Shown: one piece after another, positions 61,835 through 64,000 of the stretch
Numbering within the stretch: the first letter of the stretch is position 1
How the letters are laid out: every line of letters begins with the position of its first letter
From: Candidatus Peregrinibacteria bacterium GW2011_GWC2_39_14
GTDB taxonomy: Bacteria > Patescibacteriota > Gracilibacteria > UBA1369 > UBA12463
Reading direction: 5' to 3'
NCBI GenBank assembly: GCA_000993595.1
Contig: LBWJ01000009.1
Span: 5,935-69,934 of the forward strand
DNA: 64,000 nt
Notes under the pieces: model-generated
What the model saw: the letters and a program-made list of their open reading frames with translations, nothing else
What the model was told of the DNA's origin: nothing
The model's database searches: none
Program-made: the position numbers and the translations under genes

Positions 61835-64000
61835 TTAATATAAACAAACTCCGTTCGCATCAAACGCGCTGCAATTAAAACTATAAACAGCGCCTGGTAT
61901 ATTTTCATCTTTAAGCTCTATGGTCGAAGGAGTTGTGTGAACATAATCTTTTACAGCGACTCCGTGTGTATCTTTTGCTTCAATGTTTTTAAGGTTAAAC
62001 CAAACAACCGGCACTGATACGGTAGGAGGTAAAACGTTTAAATTCAAACAATAAGCATCTCCGTTGTTTACACGCTTAGGATTAGTTAATGTGAAAGTTA
62101 CATCGTGAGGCGTCCATTTAACGATCCCGTCAATTCCTGGTATCGCATTGTTATAATAAATTTTTGTGAATCCTGCATCCAAAATAATATCTTTAAAAGG
62201 AGAATTTTCTTCTTCCCAATGGCTATAAGTAAAAGAGTACAGGTCTGACTGTCCACGAGCCGTGAAGCAAGATGCATTAACGGTGAATTCTCCATTATTA
62301 CCTTGTCTTGATAAGTCTATGTCTTGCCTTGGATAGCCGCTGTAGCCAGGATATACAAAGAGAGAATTATCTCCGAATTCAGTTTTGGCAGATGCAATTG
62401 GCAAAGAATTAACCGGATGTATTGTTGTTGGGACCACATCTCCTGCATGTACATAATAACCATCAGCTTTATATTTAGCGGGGATTGCTTCAACTAAAAA
62501 TTTTATATATTTTGGCGACAAAAGAGAATCACCAGGAACACTTGTTGGAATTATATATGCATTAACGCTTCCGAAACCGCCCACTTCCACTTTATCTATC
62601 GTTATAATACTACCTGGCAATACCGTCATATCACTATTTACTTCGTAAGATGCGTTTGGATCTATTAAATTTCCACGCATTACTCTAATGTGCACTCCCA
62701 TACTTTGAGTGAAATTTCCAAGAACTTTTATTTTTATTGGCCCTACTTCCATATCCGGAGTTGGCGCTGTCCCACTTAAGTTAAGCTGGAAAATTGAGTT
62801 AGCCTCCGGCCCTATAGAATATTTATCAAACCAGTTTGCCCATGAATAAAATTCATACGGATAATACGTTACATCCAAGGTTGAATCGCCTACATCCGGG
62901 ATAACCACATTTATTTCACCGGTTGGATATTTTACAAAAGGCACCGCAGAGCATGAGTTCGTTGCAATATCCGCATGCCAACAAGGATATGAAAGGACTT
63001 GCTCTGCGGTTGTATTAAAGCCCTTATATACTGTTTGAAGTTTTCCGACTGTCCCGGGAAGTTTTTCCGCCATGAAATGCATATTAATATTCGCACCAGG
63101 ATAAAAAGATAAATTTACAGGAATCGTATTCAATCCTTTATGCAAAGTTGCCGGAACTTCTAAGTTTTTTGACCTTATATTATCTGAAAGACTATATTCA
63201 CTATTAATATAAAAATTCCCTTTAATAACCGTGTTATCGTCATACGTAGACTCTAGCTCCACTGTCATGCTGCTCATTTCAGCGTAAGAATCTCCGTAAG
63301 TTCTTACCATTGTAGAGCCAAAATAAACCCATTCGCTATTAATAGGTGGGAATGATGGCGACGGAGGATCTTCGTTGTATTTAATAAATCCAACTTGGTT
63401 TTTATAATCAAATAAATCTATAACTCCATGAGCCGCAGAATCGTTGCCAACCTTCATAAGATAAGGCATATCTGAGGTCCAAATTTTAGCCGTAATAATA
63501 TCTCCGGGAATTTGATTTCGAAGCCCTGTTAAACTGAATTGGTTATATCCAACCGCAGGGGTTTGATTGATTTTTTGATATGCGATACCAAAAACCGTAC
63601 ATTGCTGAGGACCGTTTGGGTCAAGCTTTATTGGAACCGGCAACGTAACATTCCCATTCCAAGACCCCCATGACTCCATTGAACTTGGCCAAAACTGATT
63701 TCCTTTATATGAATTTGTAGCTGCATCCCATGTCAAATAATATCCCTGAAAAGCCGTTGGAATCCCAGGCTCTCCTCTTGATTCAAAAGATGCCGAGTTA
63801 ATCGTCATAGCTTGATTACCCACAACACAAGCCCCAAATAACGTTCCAAACTTTGGCGTATTAACGCTTATATTTGCGGTGTTCATTTTTGCGTATTCAG
63901 CCGGATATTTGAACGCTAAAATGAAGTTTTGAGGAATAGGAAGAGCGTCACCGTAAATATTCCATGGCAAAGTATCTGTATATTCTTTTATTTTTTTGCT
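61835..64000 (-). CDS. Large hypothetical protein, 5'-truncated by the window edge
   Basis: The track starts at a TTG at 63970, but the frame stays open to position 64000. More than 720 aa, rich in N/T/S/Y/G and beta-like, with no recognised domain. Confidence 0.65.
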   Translation of the reverse strand, partial: SKKIKEYTDTLPWNIYGDALPIPQNFILAFKYPAEYAKMNTANISVNTPKFGTLFGACVVGNQAMTINSASFESRGEPGIPTAFQGYYLTWDAATNSYKGNQFWPSSMESWGSWNGNVTLPVPIKLDPNGPQQCTVFGIAYQKINQTPAVGYNQFSLTGLRNQIPGDIITAKIWTSDMPYLMKVGNDSAAHGVIDLFDYKNQVGFIKYNEDPPSPSFPPINSEWVYFGSTMVRTYGDSYAEMSSMTVELESTYDDNTVIKGNFYINSEYSLSDNIRSKNLEVPATLHKGLNTIPVNLSFYPGANINMHFMAEKLPGTVGKLQTVYKGFNTTAEQVLSYPCWHADIATNSCSAVPFVKYPTGEINVVIPDVGDSTLDVTYYPYEFYSWANWFDKYSIGPEANSIFQLNLSGTAPTPDMEVGPIKIKVLGNFTQSMGVHIRVMRGNLIDPNASYEVNSDMTVLPGSIITIDKVEVGGFGSVNAYIIPTSVPGDSLLSPKYIKFLVEAIPAKYKADGYYVHAGDVVPTTIHPVNSLPIASAKTEFGDNSLFVYPGYSGYPRQDIDLSRQGNNGEFTVNASCFTARGQSDLYSFTYSHWEEENSPFKDIILDAGFTKIYYNNAIPGIDGIVKWTPHDVTFTLTNPKRVNNGDAYCLNLNVLPPTVSVPVVWFNLKNIEAKDTHGVAVKDYVHTTPSTIELKDENIPGAVYSFNCSAFDANGVCLY

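Noticed and set aside
1-64000. Whole window as a jumbo-phage or plasmid fragment (divergent sigma factors, giant orphan proteins)
   Set aside because: Housekeeping genes (rnhA, dus, rlmD, DEAD helicase, beta-CASP RNase, transporters) and two tRNA-Gly genes are interspersed throughout. A chromosomal origin is more parsimonious, although it cannot be proven from sequence alone.

Overview
AT-rich bacterial chromosomal window with short intergenic spacers and many overlapping or abutting genes. The gene content (type IV pilin-like genes, CapA, DUF3160-like, GerMN, many orphan proteins) suggests a small-genome, possibly Patescibacteria/CPR-like organism; this is inference only. Recognisable housekeeping genes are rnhA, a YerC/TrpR-like regulator, an ArgH-like lyase, a cytosine-deaminase-like amidohydrolase, an EamA transporter, Dus, a DEAD-box helicase, a beta-CASP RNase, RlmD and two tRNA-Gly genes. 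Four stretches stand out. (1) About 11.7-30.7 kb is an integrase-less defence/toxin-antitoxin island abutting tRNA-Gly(CCC). It holds NYN, two tandem XRE-Panacea modules, RhuM, a GNAT toxin pair, an AAA/DUF4143 ATPase with a Cas4-like nuclease, decayed and chimeric gene remnants, and an eight-gene type I R-M operon. The R-M genes are interleaved with KilA-N, a candidate HEPN protein, a fused ABC-ATPase-DUF4435 protein and two orphan ORFs. (2) At 30.7-33.3 kb an NRAMP homologue carries Mg-type (NRMT-like) site substitutions. It is translationally coupled to a soluble PRC-barrel/MgtE_N/CBS protein that lacks the MgtE membrane domain. (3) At 45.3-47.7 kb a radical-SAM plus Fic cassette is bounded by about 123-bp direct repeats next to tRNA-Gly(UCC). 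(4) At 47.8-57.9 kb there is a roughly 10-kb locus of very large proteins (126, 1497, 700 and 959 aa) with no recognisable domains, arranged around a palindromic divergent promoter. This last locus is my best candidate for an undescribed system. Other notable items are two tandem, highly divergent sigma-70-like genes and a G10 tract exactly at the junction of two pilin-like ORFs. CDS coordinates follow the supplied ORF track. Non-CDS coordinates were hand-indexed and may be off by 1-2 nt. No similarity search, structure prediction or composition calculation could be run.
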